Origin: an uncultured bacterium
GTDB taxonomy: Bacteria; Auribacterota; Erginobacteria; Erginobacterales; Erginobacteraceae
DNA length: 64,000 nt
Assembly (NCBI GenBank): GCA_963822585.1
Contig: CAWGIE010000008.1
Span: 32,001-96,000, forward strand
Direction of reading: 5' to 3'
A program made the translations under genes and the position numbers. Every line of letters begins with the position of its first letter. Within the stretch, counting starts at the first letter, position 1. Positions 9,431-18,483 of this stretch are shown here, piece after piece. The notes under the pieces are model-generated. The model did no database searches. It was not told where the DNA came from and saw only the letters and a program-made list of their open reading frames with translations.

Positions 9431-9773
9431 TGGAATAGTGGAGTGTTGGAGTAATGGAGTATTGGGGGGCCGGCTTCCGGATATTCCCTCACTGTAATCC
9501 CGCATATTATATCGTATCCCCTTGTCGGGTTAATGTTCGGGCAGGAAGGAAAAATCTTGATTTGCGGCCGGTTATCCTTCACCATCCCGCTAAACTTTTT
9601 CACGGTGATTTAAGGGCAGCAGTATGCCTGATTCTATTGAAAAGTAAAGAGGGAAGATAACCGGTTCATATAGTTGAAACTATTCAAACAGTTCAAACCT
9701 CTTAAACCGTTCGAGCCATTAGTCCGATACCGGGGTTTCCCCATACTCCAACATTCCATCACTCCAGTACTCC
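9431..9773. repeat. Inverted-arm repeat (TGGAGTAA)n / (ACTCCATC)n enclosing a divergent promoter region
   Basis: 8-bp periodic arms at 9431-9466 and 9741-9773; other copies 31837-31941, 36655-36753, 42108-42194, 45291-45382. Confidence 0.75.
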
Positions 9774-9788
9774 GGTAGTTGTTTTCCG

Positions 9789-11069
9789 ATGCCCGCGATC
9801 GCAAAAATTCTGATCTCTTTCGCCCTCGTCCTCCTGATCAGCCGGACCCGGCTGCACCTCAGCCTCGCTCTTCTTATCGGCGCCCTGATTCTGGGTGTCT
9901 GGTCCGGTCAGTCCCCGTCGAGCCTGGCCGGAACCGTTCTTCACGGCATTACCGGATGGTCCACCTGCTACCTGGTGGCGATCATCGTCCTCATCCTCCT
10001 CCTCAGCCGCCTGATGGAGCAGTCGGGACATCTCCAGAGGATCGTCTATGCCTTCGCCCTGGTGGTCAAGAACCGGCGCGCGGTCAGCGCTCTTGTTCCG
10101 GCCCTGATCGGGCTCTTGCCGATGCCCGGGGGAGCCCTCTTCTCGGCCCCGCTGGTGAAGAAGACGGTGGAAGATGTCAAACTTTCCGGAGAGTTAAAGG
10201 CGGTGATCAACTACTGGTTCCGCCATGTCTGGGAGTACTGGTGGCCGCTCTATCCCGGCTTCATCCTGGCGGTCGGCCTCCTCATGGTCCCGGTCTGGCA
10301 GCTGATGCTGGTCCAGTTCCCACTGGCGTGCTTCTGCGTCATCGCCGGCGTCGTTCTTCTTCTCCGCCCCCTGAAAGGGCTGCCCCGTCGGCCCGGTCCG
10401 GCCGGCCGCTGGGAGAGTTTCCGGATGCTCTTTGTCGAATCCCTGCCCATCATCTCGGTCTTCGGCGTCATCATTCTGCTCAACCTCCTCCACCGCCTTT
10501 GCGGGGGGAGCGTCCGGGCTCTGAATTATCCCCCGGAACTCTCGGTGCTGATCGGGATCGTTGTTTGTATCGTTCTGGTGGTCCGGACCAATCGTCTGAG
10601 GCTGCCGGATATTTTCCGGGCCATCCGGGACCGGAAGTACCTGGACTTTGTCTTCCTGGTGATCGGGATCATGATTTTTAAGGGGGTGCTGAGCGAAAGT
10701 TCCATCGTCCTCGAGGTCAAGGATGAGCTTCTTGCCTATCATATCCCGCTCCTTTTGGTGATCACGGTGCTTCCCTTCATCTCCGGGCTGGTGACGGGCA
10801 TCGCGGTCGGCTTCGTCGGCTCCTCCTTCCCCGTTATTATTCCCCTTCTGACCGGGCTCTCGCCCCTGTCCTATCTGGCCCATGCCGCCCTTGCCTACAG
10901 CTGCGGTTACATGGGGATGATGCTCTCCCCGGTCCACCTCTGTCTCCTGGTCTCAAAGGATTATTTCCAGGCCGGTTTCCCCTCCTGCTACCGGCTTCTC
11001 CTCAAGCTGGTGGCAATGGTTCTTATCCTGTCCGGTGCCTATTACTTCTTGCTCGTCAGCATGGGATGA
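9789..11069 (+). CDS. DUF401 family membrane protein (putative permease)
   Basis: PALIGLLPMPGGALFSAP, NYWFRHVWEYWWPLYPG, SPVHLCL. Confidence 0.9.
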   Translation: MPAIAKILISFALVLLISRTRLHLSLALLIGALILGVWSGQSPSSLAGTVLHGITGWSTCYLVAIIVLILLLSRLMEQSGHLQRIVYAFALVVKNRRAVSALVPALIGLLPMPGGALFSAPLVKKTVEDVKLSGELKAVINYWFRHVWEYWWPLYPGFILAVGLLMVPVWQLMLVQFPLACFCVIAGVVLLLRPLKGLPRRPGPAGRWESFRMLFVESLPIISVFGVIILLNLLHRLCGGSVRALNYPPELSVLIGIVVCIVLVVRTNRLRLPDIFRAIRDRKYLDFVFLVIGIMIFKGVLSESSIVLEVKDELLAYHIPLLLVITVLPFISGLVTGIAVGFVGSSFPVIIPLLTGLSPLSYLAHAALAYSCGYMGMMLSPVHLCLLVSKDYFQAGFPSCYRLLLKLVAMVLILSGAYYFLLVSMG

Positions 11070-11218
11070 ACAGGATGTCCTCGCCCGGCGAGAGAATTGT
11101 TGACGGCACCAGCGAGACCTGACACTATGAACAAGCGCCCGAGGTTCCTGGTATGCCCCCGTACCCATGGGTAGCTTCAGTGAAATCCCACTGTTTGAAA
11201 TCTGAAAAGAGGTTCGTC

Positions 11219-13498
11219 ATGTTCGGGTCAAAGAAAACTTCCGCTGTGAAACCTTCGGGAAATCACCGGGATCTTCTGGTTCGGGCGCTGGAGAACCTGA
11301 GCGAGATGGTCATCTTTACCGATCCGGAACACCGGATAACCTACGCCAACCGGGCGATCGAGAATATCCTGGGCTATAATCCGGAAGAAGTGATCGGCCT
11401 CGATAGCCGGGAGTTCTTCGAGGGAGTACCCGGCAATGCGGCCGACCTGGCGAAGAAGATACGCGACGAGGCGGTCGGGGGTGTCTGGCGGGGGGAAATT
11501 CTCGCCCGACGGAAAGACGGCTCGCTGATCGATGTTCTCCTGACAATGAACCAGTTGGAGGATGAGCAAGGAGAGCCTGCCGGCTGCGTGGGGGTCACCA
11601 CCGATATAACCGAACGCCGGCAATCAGAGAAGCTTCTGCGGTCGGTGATCGACGCTTCGCCCGCCTGCATCTTCGTTAAGGACAAAAACGGGCGGTACCT
11701 CATGGTCAACCGGTCGGACGCCGAGCTTTACGGGACCACCCCGGAAGAGATGATAGGGAAGACCGATCGCGATTACTTACAGGTGGGGGTGATGACCGCC
11801 GAAGAGATGGAGTCATTCCTGGAAGACGATCAAGAGGTTATCCGGGGCCAGACGTCCAAGTCTGATATCGATGAAACCCTCACACTCCCCGACGGAACGA
11901 AGCGGTGTTTTCATACCATCAAGGTCCCTCTCACCCTGCAAGGGAAAGGGGAGTGCGTGCTGGGCGTCGCCCTGGATATCACCGACCGGAAAGAGGCCGA
12001 GGACGCGCTCCAGGTAAGCGAGAAGCGCTTTCGCCTCCTCTTCGAATCCGCGCCCGGGGCGGTTTTTCTGGAAACGCTTGAGGGCGAGATAGTCGACTGC
12101 AATCAGGGCGCCGCGGACATGCTCGGCTATTCAAAACAGGAGCTGATCGGAATGAACGCCCGCCGGATTGTCCCCCCGGAAGTGGCCGCGACCTTCAAGG
12201 ACATTGTCAGGCAAGAACTCGCCGACGGTGTCTATTCCGGCGAGGCCTTCAACCGGAGAAAGAACGGGGAGATATTCCCGGTGGCGGTGAGCGTGCGCCT
12301 GATCGATCTCGCCGGGAAAAAGCTGAATTTTGTCTTGGTCCAGGATATCACCGAATACCGGAGGATGGAAGATGAACTGCTCCGGGCCCAGAAACTGGAA
12401 AGTCTTGGAATCCTGGCCGGCGGCATTGCTCACGACTTCAACAACATTCTCTCCGCCGTGGTCGGAAACCTGTCCTTCCTGAAGCAGCGGCTGAAAGATG
12501 AGAAGGAGACGGGAGAGGCCCTCCAGGAGGCGGAAGATGCCGCCATTCAGGCCCGCCGGTTGGCCCGCCGGCTGCTTACTTTTGCCAAGGGGGACACGCC
12601 GGTGAAAACGCTCCTGAACGTGGAGCAATGTATCAGAAAAGCCGCCGGTTTCGCTCTCAGCGGTTCCCGGACTCGGTGCCGGTTTCGCTTACCGGATGAT
12701 TTATGGGTCGTTGAAGCCGACGAATCACAGCTCGCCCAGGTGATCGGCAACCTGGTCATCAATGCCGACCAGGCGATGCCGGGTGGGGGTTTGCTGGAAA
12801 TTTCCGCCGCGAATGCGATCGAGGATGGCCGGGGCGGTTTCCCTCTCCCGGCGGGCGAGTATGTCATGATCACGGTCAGGGATAGCGGGGTGGGAATACC
12901 GGCCTCTCTGCTGCCGAAAATATTCGATCCCTATATAACCACCAAGCGGCGGGGGAGCGGTCTGGGGCTGGCCATCTGCTTTTCGGTGGTGAAAAACCAC
13001 GGGGGGATGATTACGGCGGAGTCCGAGCCGGGGAAGGGAACGGTTTTCAGGGTCTTCCTGCCGGCTTCGAAAGAGCCGCCTCCCCCGGAGAAGGCGGAAG
13101 GAGAAACGGTTTCCGCGGAGGGGAGGATTCTGCTCATGGACGACGAGGAAATCGTACGGAAAGTGGCCGGTCGCCTTCTGGAAAGCATGGGATACACGGT
13201 AGAGCATGCCGATGATGGTGCCGCGGCGATCGAAAAATACTGCTCCGCCCGGGAGCGGGGAGAGCCGTTTGACGCTGTCATACTCGACCTGACGGTGCCG
13301 GGAGACAGGGGGGGCGAGCAAACGCTGTCCGCGCTCCGGGAGATCGATCCCGGGGTGAGGGCGATTGTCACCAGCGGGTACGTGAGTGACCCGATCATGA
13401 CCGGGTACCGGGCGCACGGCTTCCGGGCGGCCATCGCCAAACCGTATAAACTGGATGAATTAAGCCTGGCCGTGACGGCGGCGCTGAAAGACAGGTGA
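11219..13498 (+). CDS. PAS-domain hybrid sensor histidine kinase / response regulator
   Basis: Three PAS domains, AGGIAHDFNN H-box, GSGLGL, C-terminal REC; start chosen after AAGAGGT. Confidence 0.95.
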   Translation: MFGSKKTSAVKPSGNHRDLLVRALENLSEMVIFTDPEHRITYANRAIENILGYNPEEVIGLDSREFFEGVPGNAADLAKKIRDEAVGGVWRGEILARRKDGSLIDVLLTMNQLEDEQGEPAGCVGVTTDITERRQSEKLLRSVIDASPACIFVKDKNGRYLMVNRSDAELYGTTPEEMIGKTDRDYLQVGVMTAEEMESFLEDDQEVIRGQTSKSDIDETLTLPDGTKRCFHTIKVPLTLQGKGECVLGVALDITDRKEAEDALQVSEKRFRLLFESAPGAVFLETLEGEIVDCNQGAADMLGYSKQELIGMNARRIVPPEVAATFKDIVRQELADGVYSGEAFNRRKNGEIFPVAVSVRLIDLAGKKLNFVLVQDITEYRRMEDELLRAQKLESLGILAGGIAHDFNNILSAVVGNLSFLKQRLKDEKETGEALQEAEDAAIQARRLARRLLTFAKGDTPVKTLLNVEQCIRKAAGFALSGSRTRCRFRLPDDLWVVEADESQLAQVIGNLVINADQAMPGGGLLEISAANAIEDGRGGFPLPAGEYVMITVRDSGVGIPASLLPKIFDPYITTKRRGSGLGLAICFSVVKNHGGMITAESEPGKGTVFRVFLPASKEPPPPEKAEGETVSAEGRILLMDDEEIVRKVAGRLLESMGYTVEHADDGAAAIEKYCSARERGEPFDAVILDLTVPGDRGGEQTLSALREIDPGVRAIVTSGYVSDPIMTGYRAHGFRAAIAKPYKLDELSLAVTAALKDR

Positions 13499-13598
13499 TC
13501 GGTAAGCAGTAATCGGTGATCAGGATGATTTACAGATTGCCGATTACTGATTACTGATTACTGATCACTGATTACTGATTACTGATTACTGATCACTG
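13494..13598. repeat. Inverted-arm heptamer repeat (GTAATCA/G)n / (CTGATTA)n
   Basis: Other copies 15868-15948, 18412-18484, 24996-25062. Confidence 0.85.
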
Positions 13599-13746
13599 CT
13601 TTATCTTCTTTTTAAACTCCCCCGCTCCCGATATGGAGGAGGGATCCCAGCTCACCCGGGTGGCGAAAAAAAAGAGGGTCATCGGTTACCGGGTGTGGTA
13701 TTATTAAAATGACATCCGTTCTATCCCTTACTACAAGGCGGGAAAA

Positions 13747-15861
13747 ATGAAAAAAGCATGGACGTCGGCGGGGAAGTTCCTTACCTGTCTGAGTTTTTTA
13801 ATGGCCCTCTGCCTGGGGTCTGGTTTCTCTCTCCGAGGGGAAGATGTCAAGGTCATGACCGCCAACCTGGTCAGCGGCGGATGGCCTAACATCTATTATT
13901 TCAGCTACAGCCGGCGAATCTTCCAGGGGCTGAATCCTGATATCGTCCTGGTCCAGGAATTTAGGGTAAATTCGGGATCACTCCGGTCCTACGTTGATGA
14001 GGTCTTCGGCACGAACTTTTCCCTCATTTACAGTTCAGGCTCCAGCCCCAACGGCATTATCAGCCGCTGGCCGTTCAAGGACTCGGGGCAGTGGGACGAT
14101 ACGCAACTCAGCGACCGTGAATTTGCCTGGGCGGTGATCGATATCCCGGGGCCCATCGACCTTCAGGCGGTGAGCGTCCACCTCAAGGCCGGTAGCAGCT
14201 CCGCGGAAAAGGCGACCAGGACGAACGAAGCAAATCAGATCAAGACCTATGTCCATGAAAAATTCGACAACGGTCAGTATATCCTGGTCGGCGGCGATCT
14301 CAACACGTACAGTCCCAGCGAGGGGTGTCTTGGGGTCTTCACCACCTTCCTGGACTATAATGACCATGTGCCGGTGGACGGGAATGGCAACTCCAACACC
14401 AACGAGGGCCGTACCGAGAGATATGACTGGCTCATGCCCAACACGGGCCTGGACGGGCTGCACAATACGACCACCGTCGGCACCCAGAAGAGACCCTATC
14501 CGGAGGGGATTGTCTTCGACAGCTGGGTATTCCCCAATGTCGCCGCCGAGGTCCCCCCGGTTCGTTACAGTGATTCCCACGCCCCCGGGATGGACCATAT
14601 GGGTGTGATGAAGACATTCAAACTCTTTGAACACGGCCTCATCGTGGAGGAGGGCTTTGATGGCTTCCAGACCGGCGTGCGGCCCCTCAACTGGACTTTT
14701 TACGGCTGCGACCAAGACTCCGACGCCATCATGACCCAGGGAGATTACGGCGAAGCGGCCCCCTCGATCGGGCTTTACGGCGGCGGTGACGCGATCACCA
14801 CCGCTCCCTTCGCCAACCCCATCTCGCTCACCTTCTGGGTGGGAGGTGTCAGCTACGATACCACCAGCACGCTCCTGGTCGAGAGGCACTATGACGGCAA
14901 CTGGTTCGAGCTTTCCACCCTGCTCCAACCGCCGTACACACACGCAAGCGCTTACGTGGGGCCGTTCGATCTTGATCGGACCGTTGACCAACTTCGATTC
15001 ACGCGTATCGAGCCGAATCCCTCGAGCAACGCCTACATCGCCCTGGACGACGTGCTGGTAGTGGGGATTACCCCTTCACCGGCTCCCTCGCCCTCGCCGT
15101 CGCCGACGTCTCCCCCGCTTCCCGACCGTGCCAGAAACCTCGACTTCAACGGCGACGGGACATCCGATATCGCGATCTTCCGGGGGATCGCCGGCCTTTG
15201 GGGTATCCGGGGGATCACCCGGGTGTACTTCGGCGGCTCCGCCGACTATACCGTTCCCGGGGATTACGACGGGAACGGGACGACCGATATCGGCATCTTC
15301 CGGCCCGCCGCCGGTCTCTGGGCGGTCCGGGGCGTGACCAGGTCCTATTTCGGGGGGGCTTCCTCCGAGCCGGTTCCGGGGGACTACAACGGGGACGGTG
15401 TCACCGATATCGGCATCTTTCGACCCTCCTCCGGCCTCTGGGCGGTCCGGGGAGGACTGCGCATCTACTTCGGCGGCTCCTTAGATCTGCCGGTACCGGG
15501 CTACTATGACGGTGACGCCACCGAGGAGATCGCCGTCTTCCGACCGGCATCGGGCCTCTGGGCGATCCCGGGGATAACCCGAATCTACTTCGGCGGATCG
15601 AACGACGATCCGGTCCCCGGGGATTACTCCGGGAGCGGGTCCTGGTCGGTCGGCATCTACCGCCCGGCGGCGGGGCTGTGGGCGGTCCGGGGGGTGACCA
15701 GGCGGTACTTCGGCGTTTCCACCGATTACCCGGTCCCGGGCGACTACAGCGGGTCCGGCGCCGACTCGATCGGGATCTTCCGGCCATCCGGCCTCTGGGC
15801 GATACAGGGGCTGCCCCGGGTCTATTTCGGGAGTTCCGGGGACATCCCCGTGGCGCGCTGA
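13747..15861 (+). CDS. Secreted endonuclease/exonuclease/phosphatase-family protein with beta-sandwich domain and six FG-GAP/VCBS-like repeats
   Basis: Signal peptide; PDIVLVQE, SVHLK, GGDLN, DH; PS linker; six ~40-aa DYxGDG..FR..GLWA..YFG repeats. Confidence 0.85.
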   Translation: MKKAWTSAGKFLTCLSFLMALCLGSGFSLRGEDVKVMTANLVSGGWPNIYYFSYSRRIFQGLNPDIVLVQEFRVNSGSLRSYVDEVFGTNFSLIYSSGSSPNGIISRWPFKDSGQWDDTQLSDREFAWAVIDIPGPIDLQAVSVHLKAGSSSAEKATRTNEANQIKTYVHEKFDNGQYILVGGDLNTYSPSEGCLGVFTTFLDYNDHVPVDGNGNSNTNEGRTERYDWLMPNTGLDGLHNTTTVGTQKRPYPEGIVFDSWVFPNVAAEVPPVRYSDSHAPGMDHMGVMKTFKLFEHGLIVEEGFDGFQTGVRPLNWTFYGCDQDSDAIMTQGDYGEAAPSIGLYGGGDAITTAPFANPISLTFWVGGVSYDTTSTLLVERHYDGNWFELSTLLQPPYTHASAYVGPFDLDRTVDQLRFTRIEPNPSSNAYIALDDVLVVGITPSPAPSPSPSPTSPPLPDRARNLDFNGDGTSDIAIFRGIAGLWGIRGITRVYFGGSADYTVPGDYDGNGTTDIGIFRPAAGLWAVRGVTRSYFGGASSEPVPGDYNGDGVTDIGIFRPSSGLWAVRGGLRIYFGGSLDLPVPGYYDGDATEEIAVFRPASGLWAIPGITRIYFGGSNDDPVPGDYSGSGSWSVGIYRPAAGLWAVRGVTRRYFGVSTDYPVPGDYSGSGADSIGIFRPSGLWAIQGLPRVYFGSSGDIPVAR

Positions 15862-16019
15862 AAGACAGGTAATCGGTGATCAGTAATCAGTGATCAGTAA
15901 CCTGGGCGTCCGGCACTGATTACTGATCACCGATTACCGATTACTGAATAAACACGGGAACCAACTGCATCGCTCTCTTTCATCAATGAGATGAGAGAGA
16001 TAAAAAAGGAGGACCGACT

Positions 16020-16307
16020 ATGGCTCTGGTCTGCGGAGTTCTGGCTCTCTTATGCCTGCTTTCAGGGATCATGCTTCTCTTCTGCCCCAGAACCCTCACC
16101 CGGATCTCCCGGGTTACCGATCGGGAGTATTCCACCGACAAGCTCAAGCAGCTGCTCGAGAAGGAGATCTCGATCGAGAAACTCTCCGATCTGCTCAACA
16201 GGCAGATCGACATCAATGAGAAGCTGCTCAAGTTCGACCGCGTGATTGGCGTGGCGGCCGTTATCGTGGGGATCATCCTGGTCCTGGTCATCTTCAAGGC
16301 CCCCTGA
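16020..16307 (+). CDS. Small two-TM membrane protein
   Basis: AGGAGG RBS, hydrophobic N- and C-termini. Confidence 0.7.
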   Translation: MALVCGVLALLCLLSGIMLLFCPRTLTRISRVTDREYSTDKLKQLLEKEISIEKLSDLLNRQIDINEKLLKFDRVIGVAAVIVGIILVLVIFKAP

Positions 16308-16378
16308 CCGCAGCTTCCTTTTCCCTCCCCGAGTAATACTTCGGGGCGGTACGGAAAAAAGAAGAAATGAAAGATTAG

Positions 16379-16407
16379 TTGACAACATCCCCGTTCGTCT
16401 CGATAAT
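16379..16407 (+). promoter_or_regulatory. Putative sigma70 promoter for the 16528 gene
   Basis: TTGACA-N17-GATAAT. Confidence 0.5.
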
Positions 16408-16527
16408 ATATTCGGAACATACCCGTAATAAATCGAAGAACGAAAATTACTATAGTCGCCTTGTCGATAGTGGTCGCGGGATGAATGATTCACCCCTTCG
16501 GCATTCCCGGCAAAAGGAGGAAAAAGA

Positions 16528-18405
16528 ATGAGAATACGATTCTTCTGGCTCCCAATGGTTACAGCGGCCGCAGTATGCTGTTTCCTGCCGGTCGCCGTCG
16601 CCGCGGCTGTTATTGATGAGGGTTTCGATGGATTCGATACCGGTCTTCGTCCGCTCGGCTGGATCTTCACCAACTGCGACCAGGATTCCGACACATACAC
16701 CACCGCGGGAAATTACGGAGCCGCCTCTCCCTCTATTAAAATGGACTTGACCGGCGCCGCGATCGAGACCGAAGTATTCAGTGATCCCGATTGGCTCCGG
16801 TTCTGGGTGAAAGGACAGGGGACTGACATCACCAGCCACCTTTTGGTGGAGGAGTACTATACCGTCTGGACCGCAGTGACCGATATATTCAACCTCCCCA
16901 CCACGGGAACCCTGATCGGAGATCTTTCCCTTAACCCGAGTACCAACCAGCTGAAGTTTACCTATACCCAGTCGGTGGGCGACCTGGCTTTTGATGATGT
17001 TCTGGTGGAGGGTCAGATCACGCCGCCGCCGGTCACGCCGACCCCGACGCCGGTGATCTGTACCCGACTGGACGAAGGTTTTGACGGGTATAATACCGGT
17101 CTTCGTCCGATCGGCTGGATATTCATTAATTGCGATCTGGACTCAGATACCTATACGACGGCGGGGAATTACGGCCACCAGTCCCCTTCGATCAAGATGG
17201 ATCAGACCGGAGACAAAATCCAGACCGCCGCCTTTGCCAGCGGCGAATGGCTCCAGTTCTGGGTCAAGGGGCAAGGGACCGACAGTTCCAGCCACCTGTT
17301 GGTAGAAGAGTACTACAGCGCCACCTGGTTTCAGGTCAGCGATATATTTGATCTTCCCCCGGCGGGAACGCAGCTGGGACCTCTTTCCCTCAACCCCAGT
17401 TCCGATCAACTGATGTTTACCTACACCCAGAGTGCGGGCGATCTGGCTTTTGACGATGTATTGGTGAAGTGCCTGATCACCCCGACACCGACGTTGACCC
17501 CGGTCCCCACGGCGTCGCCGACCCTGACCCCGGTTCCCACGGCGACACTGGTTCCCACGGCGACACCGGTCCCCACGGCGACCCTGGCCCCCACGGCGAC
17601 ACCGCCGCCCACGCCGAGCCGGACTCCAACCCCGGTTCCGACTGCGACATCCTCCTCCAACTGGATATATGACTACAATGGCGATGGGACGAGCGACATT
17701 GCCGTCTTCCGGTCCGATACCGGCCTGTGGGCGATACGGGGGGTGACCCGGGTTTACTTCGGGGGTGCCCTCGACCTGGCCGCGCCCGGTGACTACGACG
17801 GGGATGGAACGACCGATATCGGGATCTTCCGGGATTCGTCCGGCCTCTGGGCGATCCGGGGGGTAACCCGGGTGTATTTCGGGGATATGGACGATATCCC
17901 TCTCCCCGGCGATTACGACGGCGACGGGATCTGGGATATGGCGATCTTCCGTCCCTCGACCAGTCTCTGGGCGCTCCGAGGCGTCGCCCGGGTCTACTTC
18001 GGGGTCTCCTCCGATTACCCGGCGCCCGGCTTCTACGATGACGAAGAGGGTTTGGATATCGCCATCTTCCGGCAATCCTCCGGCCTCTGGGCGATCCGCG
18101 GGATTACACGGATCTATTTCGGGAACAGCGGTCCCAATATCGCCGACGTGCCGGTACCGGGTGATTACAACGGCGATGGGATCTTCGAGGTCGGGATCTA
18201 TCGCCCCCGCGCCGGACTCTGGGCGATCCGGGGCGGTGCCCGCACCTACTTCGGGAAATACTACGATACCCCTGTCCCCGCCGACTATAACGGCGACGGC
18301 CGCGACGATATCGGCCTTTTCCGTGCCATTGACGGTATGTGGGCGCGGGTTGGTCAGACCCCGGTTTATTTCGGCCGGGATGGTGACGAACCCGCTACTC
18401 GATAA
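16528..18405 (+). CDS. Secreted protein: two tandem beta-sandwich domains, Pro/Thr linker, six FG-GAP/VCBS-like repeats
   Basis: Signal peptide, duplicated DEGFDG..NCDxDSDTYTTAGNYG domain, (PTAT)n linker, AGGAGG RBS. Confidence 0.9.
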   Translation: MRIRFFWLPMVTAAAVCCFLPVAVAAAVIDEGFDGFDTGLRPLGWIFTNCDQDSDTYTTAGNYGAASPSIKMDLTGAAIETEVFSDPDWLRFWVKGQGTDITSHLLVEEYYTVWTAVTDIFNLPTTGTLIGDLSLNPSTNQLKFTYTQSVGDLAFDDVLVEGQITPPPVTPTPTPVICTRLDEGFDGYNTGLRPIGWIFINCDLDSDTYTTAGNYGHQSPSIKMDQTGDKIQTAAFASGEWLQFWVKGQGTDSSSHLLVEEYYSATWFQVSDIFDLPPAGTQLGPLSLNPSSDQLMFTYTQSAGDLAFDDVLVKCLITPTPTLTPVPTASPTLTPVPTATLVPTATPVPTATLAPTATPPPTPSRTPTPVPTATSSSNWIYDYNGDGTSDIAVFRSDTGLWAIRGVTRVYFGGALDLAAPGDYDGDGTTDIGIFRDSSGLWAIRGVTRVYFGDMDDIPLPGDYDGDGIWDMAIFRPSTSLWALRGVARVYFGVSSDYPAPGFYDDEEGLDIAIFRQSSGLWAIRGITRIYFGNSGPNIADVPVPGDYNGDGIFEVGIYRPRAGLWAIRGGARTYFGKYYDTPVPADYNGDGRDDIGLFRAIDGMWARVGQTPVYFGRDGDEPATR

Positions 18406-18483
18406 GAAAAACGGTGATCAGTAATCGGTCCCGAAAAACCCCCGATGTTAATCGGGGGTTTTTCGGGACCGATTACTGATTAC

